Assembly: GCA_036785375.1 (NCBI GenBank)
Contig: JAWMAR010000023.1
Span: 7,564,001 to 7,628,000, forward strand
From: Leucoraja ocellata
Taxonomy: Eukaryota
DNA: 64,000 nucleotides
Direction of reading: 5' to 3'
Positions 49,040-62,861 of this stretch are shown one piece after another. The position numbers and the translations under genes were made by a program. The notes beneath the pieces were generated by a model. It was not told the origin of the DNA and ran no database searches. It saw nothing but the letters and a program-made list of their open reading frames with translations. Position 1 is the stretch's first letter. Every line of letters begins with the position of its first letter.

Positions 49040-49915
49040 ATTAAATCATGATTCTCCTTTTTGATGTCAATCTATGAGTGATTCAATGTTGAAACAGACT
49101 GCCCTCTTGTCCAGCTCTCCTCGTGTTAAGGTTGCTATTGAATTACTTGTAAATTGCACGGGAAATGGCAACGTTAATTTTCACAAGGAAAAATTGAAAT
49201 GCAAGTATCTGAATATGAACATTAAGTGTTGTGATACAACCTTCATTAAACTTACGCAAGAGGACAGATTCACTAACGACAAATAAATCTGCCTGGGTTA
49301 GTGTGACATGCGTGGAAGATGCAGATTGTTGAATGAATCCATGCTTTAGCTCTGGGAGAGGATAAAGCTGGTAAACAAACACATGTTTAATAATGATTAG
49401 AGGTGATTAACCTGAAATGTTAACTGTTTCTCTCTTCATTGACACAACCTGGTTTAAATTGTCTTTAAATTTACTGGCAGTAAGAATGGGTTTCACCCAT
49501 CTTTAGGAGACGACATCATGATCTAATCTCAACGATAATTAATTGCTGGACATCTCTTTCTATCCTGCACTTCAAATGCTGGACTTTGATCTGATGAGAC
49601 CAACATCTGTTGCCGAGTTAATTTATGGCAGCGTTTCATTACACTGCAGGAACTATTGGCTCTCTGATGCAGGGTGTTTATGGTGCTCACATTATTGCAA
49701 GTCTGATCTGGGCATTGTCATCAATGCCAACACGTGCAGCACAGATGGTAAATTATTTGTCTAGATTTTCCCTGTAAATTAGAACTATTTACACATAAAA
49801 TCATAAATTCAATCCTGATGCTAGAAGACAGACCCCTTCCACTAAATATTTTTGCAAAGTGGACTATCCCATAATATTGAGTTAATTGTTCTATGGGGCC
49901 ATTGCCCACCTCTCT

Positions 49916-50232
49916 CATAGAAACATAGAAATTAGGTGCAGGAGTAGGCCATTCGGCCCTTCGAGCCTGCACCGCCATTCAATATGATCATGGCTGATCA
50001 TCCAACTCAGTATCCCGTACCTGCCTTCTCTCCATACCCCCTGATCCCCTTAGCCACAAGGGCCACATCTAACTCCCTCTTAAATATAGCCAATGAACTG
50101 GCCTCAACTACCCTCTGTGGCAGAGAGTTCCAGAGATTCACCACTCTCTGTGTGTAAAAATCTTCTAAATTCTAGCGAGTACAAACCGAGTCTATCCAAT
50201 CTTTCTTCATATGAAAGTCCTGACATCCCAGG
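49916..50232 (-). mobile_element. Young CR1/HER1 LINE 3' fragment
   Basis: catagaaacatagaaa tail; near-consensus 3' UTR. Confidence 0.8.
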
Positions 50233-51136
50233 AATAACTCTCAATGGCACATTCCTAAATTTGTGACATAAAAATAATCTTGCAGCAAAAAGAATAACAA
50301 TTCATGACCCAATAAGGCTTTTCAGCTATTTTATTAAAAAGCAAACACAGCTGTTTCTTTCTGAAATAATGATATATTTAAAACTCTACCGGCAAATACA
50401 AAACTGCCCTTAACCTGAATGGTTATTGAAGTTTTTTTGACAGATGTAATTTTCAATGTGAGTCTTTGGAAGGGTGGAGATTGTACATAAACCTGTTGTA
50501 AATAATTTCTTTTGGTAACAATGAGGTGGAGTTCAATCACTTTCTAAATACTATCAAATTTTACTGCTGAGAAAGCCCTATGATTGATGTCTGCTATGCA
50601 GACAAATCGTAAAAGGAAGGCAAGGTATAATCTTTAATGAGGCATTTTTGGAATGGTATACTTAATGCCCTACCTAAATTTATGACGAACTTAAAAAAAT
50701 ATTGTAAAGGAATTGTAGACGAGTCAAAATGGGGGAAAATATAATTTGTGTTAATTTGCACAAGTAGGTGTCGTCATTTCTGAAACGAGTTAAGCTAGAT
50801 GAATATCTTCCGAAAATATTTTAGTGCTAATAATCGTTTTGAGGCTCTTATAGTTTGATGAACTGAGGAATGAATGGGCGGCACTTGGCTCTGATTGTCC
50901 AAGTCCATGGCTTTCAAACATTTTTCTGGTGACCCACATTAGCCAGATTCACCGATAATAAAAAAGATCTTGCAATCTGCAGACAGAGGGGTAAGTAGTA
51001 ACCAACTTTTAAAATTCTCCTGTGACCCCCCCACCCCCATCAGAGACATGCTGCGCTTTGAAACTGCAGATTTCTTTTCTTCTCCCCAGAGCTCGGGAAA
51101 ATGATATTTGTCCAACCCAGCCCTGGAAGTTTCACA

Positions 51137-51331
51137 GTGTGTAGTAATGAACTGCAGATGCTGGTTTAAATCGAAGGTGGACACAAAAATGCTGGAGTAA
51201 CTCAACGAGTCAGGCAGCATCTCTAGAGAGAAGGATTGGGTGACGTTTCGGGTCGAGACTGGAGAAGGGTCTGGACCCAAAACATCACCCATTCCTTCTC
51301 TCCAGCGATGCTGCCTGACCCATTCAATTAC
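51137..51331 (-). mobile_element. Penelope-like fold-back element
   Basis: Tail on the left (gaactgcagatgctggtttaaatcgaag); arms around gggtcgagactggagaagggtctggaccc. Confidence 0.72.
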
Positions 51332-54057
51332 ACGGAGCAGGTTGGACTGCTTCCTCAAAAACACTCCAGAGGCAGACTACCATGCGTGCCCTTCTTCCTC
51401 ACTCTGACAGCCACATGTACTGCACTACGCCACCGATGCTATTGCCATTATTCTCCTCCCTTTCTGACTTATGAAAGTTCACGTGCGTTTGAGAGAGTGT
51501 GGGTGGCACTCAGGTAGCTGGAGTCAAAGATACTGTAAAGCCTAAATTTATGGAATTTACATTGAAGGTAAAACTTCAGTTGCACTTGCACTAGAAACTG
51601 TTTAGACATGTCTGTGATTATATGGAAACAATTACATTTTAAGTAAAAATTATTGACTTTTCAATGTTACTTGTAGCCTTGCAGCAATTTAATTAATGAA
51701 GAATTGTTCCACACCCAATTGCATTATCCAGTATTCATTCACATGGCATCTGAAGCAAAACATGAAAGGTGTGGTTCCCCTCCTTGCACGAAAGGTATTT
51801 TTGATTGCACAACATGTCTTAATCATAAGCTTAGCAGTCTAACCTTTCAAATAATTGCCGATGGATGTGTTAACTTGTTTTTGATGCGTGAGTTTAGAGG
51901 GTGGCTTCATTTTTTGCTGTTAGCCCTCCATTGCTTTCAGAAACATGAGATGATACATAAATAGACCCACTTCCACTCAGCATAATGGACAACTTTCTCC
52001 AATGATGCTTATCTTCATTGGAAATCTGTAGCCTCAGTTATGGACTCGTGGTTTCTGAGGATATCCAGAATTTAGTCTTTATGTTCAACGGACAAGACAG
52101 GTGGTTACCATATGGTACAGGAATGGCAAAAATTCCCGCCAAATACCATTAATCCTTTTTAAAGCACAGAGTGCAATTAAATAATGCCATAAAGATCCAA
52201 TTTCCTGTTTCCTTTTTATCAAATATCACAAAAAGATAACATGATTACATCAGCCCATCTACTCCAGATCACCAAAGCTTCTGAGACTTCTGCCAACAGA
52301 ATGTATTCCCCCAAGTCCAGGCTACAAGTAACAATTGATTGAAATCTGAAAGCTGGCTTCTGCAATTTGTCAAACCCCATGGCCAGGGAACTTGGTAACA
52401 TTGAGGATCTCCTCCCAGATGACATTTAAGACAGACAGCAAAGCATTCCCCTAACTGAAATGTTGTGTTCTTTGCATTCTTGAGATTCTTCAAATGCTTT
52501 CTGAAATCTCAATGAAGTGAGCAGGATGACCTTGATGTCAATTTTACAGTCTGGCGATCAAGAGACACCATGTTATCTTAAACATTAAATCAGTTTGGGA
52601 TTATTATACAGTAATTCAAGCAAAAAATGAAAATGACAGGTTAACAGAAATGATGGACAGCAAACAAATCCAGTATAAGAAGGTAAAATGTTTTGTGAGA
52701 AAATAAAAGAGGAATGCAAGTATATTTTCAGTGAAAAGAAACTGAAGGGTGTAGATAAAGAATTCTTGTTTTAAAACATTTTTAAATACAATGGATTTGA
52801 ATGCACTTTCAGAAAGTGTCATGTTAAACAATTATGTTAGAAACCTTACAAAATCGTGCAGGGCTAAGGAGAAAGAGTGGGATGTGGAACTAATTGGATA
52901 AATCTTTCACAGACGCCACACAAAGGTGGGCACACAAATGCCCTCCTGCACAATTAGATGATAGAAAAAGCTCAGGGAAAAGTCATGATTTTAACCTAAC
53001 CTCTTGCCAAAGATGCTGCCTGATCAGCTGTGCATTTCTGACATTTTGTTTTAAATTTCAGATTACTAGCATCTGCATTATTTTGCTCTGGAATGGTTGT
53101 GTGTTAATTCCTTTAGATTTTGAGTCCAATTCAAGAGATAGCAGCTTGGAGCATTTTTTTCTCATGGGTTGTGAAGTAGTGGTTTGGAAAATGGAGAAGA
53201 AAGTGAAAATTGGGGTGACAGACATTTAGTTATGTATTTAATTTAAAAAAAAATGTAAGCTATGAATATTCAGTTAACGCTAAGGAACATTTGTAAGCAT
53301 ACAATGCTGAGGAAAGTAAATATGGAGAAGGTGTCCCTATCATATCCATGGTTGACCTTTGCTCAAAACAATCCTAGAGCAAGATTATCAGTTATGAAGC
53401 TAAAAGATTAACACATTTGCATATAGTCAAAGAGTACGCCAGTGCCTATGTTCCAAAATGTTCAATAGAAAGTCGCAGTTTGATATTTATCAAGGAAATC
53501 TACCTCCTCCTCCAACTCATCAAAGCAAAATTCTCAGCATTTGCTCCATTATGCTATCAGAACTTCACACTTCAGTAGACATTTAGACAGACTAATGTAC
53601 AAGAAGGGTTCAGGGGGGAATGGGCTAAATGCAGGCAAATGGGACCTATAATGCCAACTTGGTCACCTTGGCAAGTTGGGCCAAAGGGGCTGTTTCCATG
53701 CTGTATGCTCTGAGTCTAATTAGGCTGTCAGGTGTTGACAGATGCATAGAGTCAGGCAGGGCTACTTGGCAGTGACGAGACAGAAGAGCACAAAGTGTCA
53801 TCAGCAAGCAATTCTCACCAGATGCAGGTTAAATAATGCTGTAAAAACACAACTGTGCGATCTGCATATAGGAGCTTGGTCGGTGACCAAATAGTAGATG
53901 AAGCGGCGGGGATGCGGTGGACTGGTTGCAGGGAGTGGGTCTTCCCTGTGGGTTTGGAGCAGTCAACAGATCAACGCGACCTGCTCACAGGATCAGGGGG
54001 AAGTGCTGTGACCCAACACCGTCCCCAGCGCTGGTATGAGATGCAACAAAGGAACGC

Positions 54058-54373
54058 GGCACGGTGACATAGCGGTAGAGTTGCTGCCTTGCAGCGCCAG
54101 AGACCCGGGTTCAATCCCGACTACCGGTGCTGTCTGCCATAGTTTGTACGTTCTCCCCGTGACTGTGGGTTTTCTCCAAGATCTTTGGTTTCGTTCCACA
54201 CTTCAAACACATGCAGGCTTGTAGGTTAATTGGCTTGTGTTTGTATACTTGGTATAAGTGTAAATTGTCCCTAATATGTGTAAGCTAGTGTTAATATGCG
54301 GGGATTGCTAGTCAGTGCTGACTCAGTGGGCCGTAGACCATGTTTCCATGCTGTATCTCTAAACTAAACTAAA
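54058..54373 (+). mobile_element. Full-length tRNA-derived SINE (HE1/V-SINE-like)
   Basis: A box ggtgacatagcggt, B box gggttcaatccc, central gtttgtacgttctccccgtgac domain, CR1-type 3' end, (ctaaa)n tail. Confidence 0.8.
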
Positions 54374-54814
54374 TTAATCTCTTCCTTCTGGCTGGGATGT
54401 AAGCACTGCATTACCGTCCACTCACTGACAGCTGTGGAAGGCTACATCTGTTTCTCAACGGGACCAACAAGGCATAACCTGTTTTAAAAAAGTATAATAC
54501 AGTATGTGATTATAGAGGTTGTTTCCGCTGCAGAAACAAACATGGGAATTATCGCCCATTAATAGTAAATCAATATTTTCTGTAAATTTGTTTGTCCATT
54601 CTGCAACTATTTGATATTTGTTTTAAGGTAATTAAGGTGGAATCATTAAGAATTGTCAATTTAAAGTACAAACTAAAAGTGTGATTTTAAAGATTTCAGA
54701 GACTTGGTTTCCATGGAGGATTGCTGGAACATGATTGTTGGAACATGACCGGAATGGTTCAGGAACAGATCACTGCAGGGGCTTGCACACAAATTTTAAG
54801 AGTCATAATTAAAC

Positions 54815-55631
54815 ACCACAGAAACAGGCCCTTTGGCCCAACTCCCACGCAAACCAATATGTCTACCTGAGCTAGACCCATTTGCCTGTTTTTTTTCCCA
54901 GATCTCTAAACCTTTACTATCTATGTAGATGTCTAAGTGTATTTTAAATATTGTAGATGTATCCACTTCTATAGCTCGTTCTATATACCCACCAATTTCA
55001 GTGTAGAAAACCTTGCCTCTCAGTCCCTAATCAAAACCATAACCGTCTCGCCCCTCATTTTAAACCCTGCTACCCTGGAAAAAGAACTGACCATTCACCT
55101 TCTTGATGCCCTCTCATGATTTTATATACTTTTCAATCCAACTATCCAGGAAAAATAATCCCAGCTTGTCCAGTCTTTCCTTATAACTCAAGCCCTCTAG
55201 TCCCGATAACTCCCTCATGAATGTTTTCTGCACCCCTTAGAGATTAATTTCATCCACATGACAGCTGGGCATCCAGAATTGCACACAACTTACAGACCCT
55301 TCAGCCGAACCGTCCCACTCCGGCCGACAAAGTCCCAGCTACACTAATCCCACCTGCCTGCGATTGGTCCATATCCCTCCAAACCTGTCCAATACATGCA
55401 CCTGTCTAATTACTGTTTCTTCAATGATGGGATAGTCCCAGCCTCAACTACCTCCTCCGGCAGCTTGTTCCATACACCCACCACCCTTTCTGTGAAAATG
55501 TTACACCTCGGATTCCTATTGAATCTTTTCCCCTTCACCTTGAACCTATGTCCTCTGGTCATCGATTCCCCTACACTGGGCGAGAAACTCTGTGTATCTA
55601 CCCGATCCAATCCTCCCATAATTTTGTACAC
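54815..55631 (-). mobile_element. Two CR1 LINE 3' fragments
   Basis: YKIMGGLDRVD...TRGHRFKV...FTERVVGVWNKLPEEVVEAG. Confidence 0.75.
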
Positions 55632-56323
55632 AAAATGTCCAGCAAAACAATTGCATGGGGATGATCATTCTGCTCTGCACACCTCTTAAGGCCCTGGGTA
55701 TTTTGGGGGAAAATGGGATAAATACTGGGCACCTGGAGGACTACATTGACATCATAGAACTACTGTCTTGATATGGAATTGGTTGGCAGAGACTCATACA
55801 GGCGTGGTGAGCTGAATCATCACTTTCACAAACCTGCAAACTCCTGGAACCACCCCAACGATTCTGCTGACGTCTTCTCTGTCCTCGAAAACCTTCGAAA
55901 CATCCCCATCCACAAACTGCTCCCCCCTTCCCATCTCCAAATCCCCTTTCCTTTTCAATGTCCTAAATGTCTTGTATTCTCCCAAATTTTGGTCCATCGG
56001 ATACGGAATTCAATTTTTTAATTATTTATCCAATCAGTTTTGTCCCACCACGGTTCTGAAACAACTGTAATCAACACTGCCAATTGTGGGATTGTATTAA
56101 ATGTAATAATTCCTTGTCCTGTTTGATCTGTCACCTTTAACACAGTTGATCATATATTCTCTCCATTGCCTCGCCACTGTTTTCTAGCTGAATCAGACTT
56201 GCTCTGCATCCATATTTTCAAGCTTTCTCCTCCCAATCTCAGAAATCTACTGCAGCCCTCTCCCCCTCTAACAATTTGCTGTTCATTCATTTCTGGCCTT
56301 TTGAACTTCACTGAATTTAATTG

Positions 56324-56504
56324 AGACTCAAGGAACTGCAGATGTTTGAACCTTAAGCAAAACACAATGTGCTGGAGGAACTCAGCAGGGCAGGCAGCAT
56401 CAGTGGGAGGTATAGCATCTGAAGAAAGTTCCAACCCAAACATTGCCTATCCATTCCCTCCACAAACGCTGCCTGCCCTGCTGAGTTCCTCCAGCACGTT
56501 GTGT
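56324..56504 (-). mobile_element. Penelope-like fold-back element with 17-bp TSD
   Basis: TSD ttcactgaatttaattg (56307-56323) / ttcactgaatctaattg (56505-56521); tctgaagaaa at the centre. Confidence 0.75.
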
Positions 56505-57361
56505 TTCACTGAATCTAATTGTTTCAGCGCAGGCAGCTGTGCCTCTAGCTGATTTGATCCTACGGTTAGCAGTTCGCCCACTAATCCTGCCAATCTCTAC
56601 TTCTTGGGTATCAAAATGAGCAGTAACACTAACAATGATTTTCAGGCAGATTCCTATTTTCTTTGCTTTCTGAGTTAACCAGTTTGATATCCATACTTCT
56701 ACCTCATTTCAACCCTTTGGCTTTAATTTTATCCTTTGAAAGATCAATAAATTTAGCCCCATTCCCCTTTGAATTTTATTTCTGAATCTGCTTTGACCAC
56801 ACTCTCACACCAAAACCTTTTACATAATTATTCTCTGCCTCAAATCTTCTCATTGATTTTCTGCTTCTTTCATCAACTGCCTTAAATCATTTATTCTGTC
56901 ATGATTTGGAAATACCTCATTCACAGCTTCACTCAACCTCTGCTCCAAGGAACCCAGATTTTCCAAACATCACAGATCCCATTCTAATAAAAGGCAAATG
57001 AAATGACAATCACACGAACAGGGCACATGAGCAAGGAGTCTCGGAAAAGTCACTTTTTCTCAGAGGTGTAATCAATCTAATGGTGGTTCTAACGGTCAAA
57101 TCCAAGCCAGCAGATCCCAAGTAGCAGACAGATTGACAGTGACTGTGTGAGTGACTGAATGACCTGCTGCTGACTGTAAAAATAAAAGTGTGTTGCAGTA
57201 GTATGAGAAAGAGGGAACACTAATGTAGAGATAGTATTTGTGTTCTGTCAGCTGCTCACACAAATTAAGGCCATGAATGCCTCGCTCATGGTGGTTCATG
57301 CAGTAACTAGTCTTCTAATTAACTAGTTATTTCCCAAATCTTTGGGTAATCTGTAATTCTT

Positions 57362-57735
57362 AGTATTGGTTTCTTATTGTCACGTGTACCAAGATACACT
57401 GAAAACCTTTTGTTTGTGTATTAGACAAATAAGATAATATTTTACGTAAGTAAAATCAAGCCATACCCGAGTACAATAGGTAATGCAAAGAGAAAATACT
57501 AGAATGCAGAATATAGTGGTACAGCATTATAGCATTGCAGTTACAAAGGAAAAGGTCCAAAGTTCCACAATAAGGAAGAAAATGATAGATTGGAAGCACA
57601 CCCTAGTTTATGGGAAGACTGTTCAGTCTAATAACAGTGAGAAAGAAGCTGTCCCTGAATTTGGCGGTACGTGCTTTCAAGCTTTTGTATCTTCTGCCCG
57701 ACGGGAGCGGGGAGAAGAGGAGATGACCAGGTTGC
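57362..57735 (-). mobile_element. Rex1/Babar-type LINE 3' end (further plus-strand copies about 58060-58400 and 62700-63182)
   Basis: GHLLFSPLPSGRRYKSLKARTAKFRDSFF motif. Confidence 0.68.
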
Positions 57736-59218
57736 ATATTAAATAATACACAGCTACAACTTTTCCACTGTAGTGACATATTTCCTGATATGTGAGAGTG
57801 CAAAATGGGATACAATACTCCACCGGGGCCCAAACAAAGTTATGAGGGCTTGCTTGTTATTTTATATGCTGCTTCTACATAATAAAGCTAAGGAATTTGT
57901 AGCTTTTAAACAGCAATCTCAACAGTCCCTACCTATCACATTTAAATATTCCTGGCATCTCCTTTAAAATTGTATGTTTGTATTGTGCCCTCTTCATTTT
58001 TTCCACATAAATATAACACTTCACATCTCTCACCGTTAAATGTGTTCTGCAACATCTGCCCCTTTTGCCATCCATATCTAGTGGTCTGTTACTACTATCA
58101 GGGAGAAGGTACAGGAACCGTAAAAGGTTCAAGAACAGCATTCTTTCAAGCAACCATCAGACTCTTGAACACTATACATTAATCTCAGCAACTATCTATG
58201 GACTGTGTCTATGGTTGTACTCCAAACTTAGCTTTTTTTTTGCTCTAGTATTACAGTTATTAAGTTACAGCAACTTAATAACAGTAATACTAATACTTTT
58301 TTGAATTATTACCTGCATATATTGTGCTGACTGGCCTGTTAAGCTGACGCAGCTAAGAATTTAATTGTTCCATTGTTGATACATATGACAACCCCTAAAT
58401 GAGCGGTCGTCCCAACACTGATCTTCAGGGGGTCACTGGTGTTTACATCCCTCAGTCTAATTACTTGTCTCTGCTTTCTAAACCTTGACCAGTTTGACGT
58501 ACCTTCTCCATCCATGGGTTTAGACGTTGGTAAAAAATTAATTGTGGAACTTTTTTCGTGTGTGTGGGTGTTGACCATTTTTTTTAATCAGTGCTGTATG
58601 ATTACCTTTGCTGCTAGTTTGTTGCTTTCCTAAGTAGGCTTCTTGTGCAGAACCTTATCAATGATGAATGATTTATTTTCCGTGGATGTTACTGCACAGT
58701 ATTGTTTAATTTAATTGGAGCGTTTGCACCTTTCTTATTTCTATGTTCTATATATTAGTGGATGAACCATCCAGGTATGCCTTCTCTAAGTAATGCTTTG
58801 ACAGTCTTCCTGATTCATAGCGCAACTCTTCAAACTCTTTTCCCTCCTCCTCAATCATGTTTTGAGATCGTCTCCCAAAACATAGGGATGGATTGCATAA
58901 TCAACAGTGCCATCAAGCAGCGTTTCCTCATCAATAACCTGCTCACTGTTACACAGATTGGGTTTTTTGCCCGGTCCACTTAGTTTTTGGCCTCATCACA
59001 GTCCAACATAGGATAAATGTTTAATGTGTGGTGAGAATGACTGCCTTTTACATCAAAACAGCAATTTGCGCATGTGTGGCAATGAGGAGCCTTGGTAAAA
59101 CTGAAGTAATTGGGCAAGAGGGGAAAACACTCCCCTTGTTGAAATAATATTTCACACAAACATGATTGTGGTTGATGGCGGTCAATAATCCCACACTGGA
59201 TATCACTGTAGGATTCAT

Positions 59219-59460
59219 CAGTTTAGTTTAGTGATACAGTGCATAAACAAGCCCTTTGGCCTACTGAGTACGTGACGACCAGCAATACCATACTCTGGCA
59301 CTATCCTATCAACTAGGGCCAATTTACAATTTTACTGAAGGCAATTAACCTACAAATCTGCATATCTTTAGAGTGTGGGATGAAACCGGAACAAACGGAG
59401 AAAGCCCACACGGTCACTGGGAGATCGTACAAACTCCGTACAGGCAGCACCCATAGTCAC
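59219..59460 (-). mobile_element. HE1/V-SINE-like SINE, 5' truncated (other partial copies about 1190-1385, 7975-8177, 44020-44166)
   Basis: Same family. Confidence 0.7.
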
Positions 59461-60600
59461 CCATTTAAGAAAGTCCTCAACAGCATTAGGGCATGTATCA
59501 GTAACTAAAAAGTCACATTGTTACCACCAACAGAGTGTCAGGCAATGCAGGTAATGATCATTTCCAGCAGGAGACGGTGGCATTCGAGTGTTTCCATTAG
59601 GAAATAAAAGAGGGCAGTAAGGAGCAATGACATCCATTTCAAGCATCACCAAAACTACAAGTGGCAGAATCTGTGGGCCCATCATTGGCCTCAGTACAGA
59701 CAACAGTGGAAGCACATCGTCCTTGACTCTGATGGAACACCTAAGAATTACAGTGCAATTTTCTTGGTGAAACATGTTCTCAAATACTAATTGCTTTGTA
59801 TTTTTGTGGGTAGGTGGCTGCCAAGTCAACCAATTTGTTTTTGTATGAGGGAAATTCCTGTTAACTCCCTCGAAACACACACCCTGTTCGTATGACATCA
59901 AGAATATTGGTAATGAGAGAGGTTTGTGTTTATGCTCAGGGCAGAGGATGTGAGCAATATTTCTGATTTTCAGTTTCAAATGACATAAGTGATGGAAGCA
60001 TCCTTATAGGCAATTAGGATATGTTAGAACTTGAATAGCTCCAATGAAAAATAGATTATTTGCATTATTACATTACTCATTACCTGCCACCTCAATTGGC
60101 TCTAGAAAATCCTTTGCTGAATATGAAATTGCAAAAGCTACTATTATAAATATACCCATTTTTTCTATAAAGTTTATGCACACAACACAATTGGCTACAT
60201 TACATCACCACAGAACAACACATGATATTTACAGATGGTTGCATATAGATGGGTGAAGTCAATAGGATCAATCACTGGGAAATAGTGTTGTTTGGGATAG
60301 AGTTGTATTGGGTGGAAATTTTAGTGCAGTCTGATATCTTCCCAATTACATTATTTGAATGTAATACGAACTTGCTGAAAACTTGACAATTTCTGTATCT
60401 AGCTGGAATATGTTGGGCATTTTATACTGAACATTTGGCATAATTAGGTTCTATACAAATTTTCAACTTCAGATGATACCCCCACTTTGCAATAGAGCAT
60501 AGAACAGTAAGCAGAGGACTTCAGTTTACTATCGTCAGAAAAGTAAAACCATATGACAAGAGCTTAACCTTTGAAATGGATAGTGATAAAATGCAAGATT

Positions 60601-61719
60601 CATCATCATTTTAATTTATTTTTTTATTTATTGTTAGCTTTATGTTTTATTAGAAGTACAATAAGTTACAGTAATACACACCACATATATCTTATTACAT
60701 TTGTTGTACCCCTTCATTTTTTGAGCTTTAAAAAAGATAGAAATAAAAGAAGTAAGGAAAGTGAGAAAGAGTCGTGATAGTGCAAGAAAGTGTTGGGAAA
60801 AGAAAGCCCATTAGAAAGACAGTTAGAGAAGAAAGTTAAGAAATAGACCCTAGAAAAGAAAGAAAGAAAGAGAAACAATCGCTCTATTATAACAAACTAC
60901 ACAAAAAAGGATATACCAACCATATTTTTCATCCCGTTACCAGATCCTGGCACCATTTATTTTTTAAATTACTGTTGCACCTTATGCTTGTAGTAAGTCC
61001 ATAAATGCAGACCACGTCTTTTGGAAGTGGTCTGGTTTGCCTGCGAGGAGGAGTCTCATATCTTCCAGATGTAATGTTTCGAACATGTTTGAAATCCACA
61101 TTTTTATTGTTGGTATAGGAGCGTTTTTCCAGAATTTGAGTATAAGCTTTTTTCCCGTTATTAGCCCGTAATTAAATAAATTATTTTGAAACACATTTAG
61201 TTCAGGGCTACCTTCCATTATTCCAAAGATAATCCATTCTGCTTTTGGTATCAGTTTTATTTTAAATAATTTTGTGAAGATTTCAAATATTTTGTTCCAG
61301 AATGTTTGGATTTTTATACAAAAAACAAAAGAGTACGCTATGGTAGCTCTTGAGACTGACATTTATCACAAATGGGTGAGACGTTAGGGAAAAGTCAATA
61401 TTTTAAATATTTTCAAATATGTGACTATCTGAAAAAATATACAGAAGACTATCATAATATGCCTCCAGACTTACTGGACGAAGCAATGAAGACAAAGGCT
61501 GAATCGGCAAACTTAATATCATACATATATAACACTATTTTAAATATAGAAATACCTACAACTGACGGTATTAGAAGAGACTGGAAACAAGAACAGGCTA
61601 TAAAAATTTAAAAAGAGAGCTGGGATAAACACTTACTATATGTGCATAAATGCTCGATCAACATAAGACACACTCTAATTCAATTCAAAACATTACACAG
61701 ACAATACTACTCAAAAACC
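60601..61719 (-). mobile_element. L1-clade LINE, 5' truncated with 5' inversion
   Basis: ORF2 C-terminus on the minus strand (PNVSPICDKC...FWNKIF...KTWSAF); upstream ORF2 segment on the plus strand; 13-bp TSD aaaatgcaagatt. Confidence 0.85.
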
Positions 61720-62861
61720 AAAATGCAAGATTTATAATGGTGTTTATAAGTTTCCTGGGAAGTTAGTAGAAACAAAGTTCAAGAGCAACGAGGTGATAAG
61801 ATGGTGGCATGTTGATAACAACAGTGAGGTAGTGATCTTAAGGTTACAGCTTAAAACATGGATAATCGTAGGTTATTGCAAACTAAATGGCTCCATTAGA
61901 AGGCATCAGTCAAAGCAAAACCGAGCCCAAAATTCACATGGCCCCATTTCCACATCACAAGGTTGTTCCCAGGCCCTCAGGCCCATTGGAACAGGCAATA
62001 ACTAAGTGTTTGCCCATGTCAAAACATTTCCAGTGCAAGCTAAATTTTTGCTAGATGATTCACAGATGTGATTGAAGCTTTTTTCCAGTCCAACCTTCTT
62101 CATTATTTAAGCATAAAAATTGAGGTATTTTAATTTGTGGAATATGGAGGGAGAGAATCGCAAACTGAAATCTGGGGTATGGCTGGAAACAGTGGTGACT
62201 TCAAGGAGAGGACATAAGCTGAGGAAGGTTGGAAGATCCAGTTTATGTGAGAGGGGGAAGCTGACGATTTCTTCACCTGTACATCACAGAACATATCGGA
62301 GATACAAATGTTCTATTTGGTTCCAGATAACCCACGTTGTAAACAGTGAAGTAAGATTGCAGGCGCCCTTCATCTACTGCTGTCCACGGTGGTGTCCATG
62401 ATATGCCAGTTGCAAATATGTCATCTTCAAAACTAATGACAAATATATCTATCATTTGATGGGTCAACTTTATCACAGTTCCACTGGTGAAGTGTAACTC
62501 AAGTTTCATAAAAGGAGAATAAAAAATGTTCCAAATACAGGGTAGTCTTGCTGAGACGTCTGTTCCACACTTCTATAAATCAAAGCAGTCGAATTACTGT
62601 CCTACTCGGAGTTTGGTTACAAAGTTCTCGCGTGAAATGTCTCTTGGGTTTTGTGAACAATCCTGGTGCAGGAAGTTTGTATCCATCCAAAGCTTCTACA
62701 TGAGATGCTGCTTTAAGAATGCGGCATATATCATCAAGGAACTTCACTATCTGAGCCATGCTCTCTGATTGCTACTACCATCGGGCAGTAGGTACAGGAG
62801 CTACAAACCCCGATTCAGGAATAGTTACTTTCCTACAACCATCAGGTTCTTGAACCAATGT

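Noticed and set aside
54058-54130. tRNA-like A/B boxes as tRNA genes
   Set aside because: They are heads of the multi-copy SINE, continuous with its body and tail, with no complete cloverleaf.
55780-59220. ORFs at 55773-56021 and 58762-58983
   Set aside because: They resemble heavily decayed L2/CR1-group RT (ISxxPFL; IINSAIKQ...QIGF), not host genes, and are too degraded to delimit.
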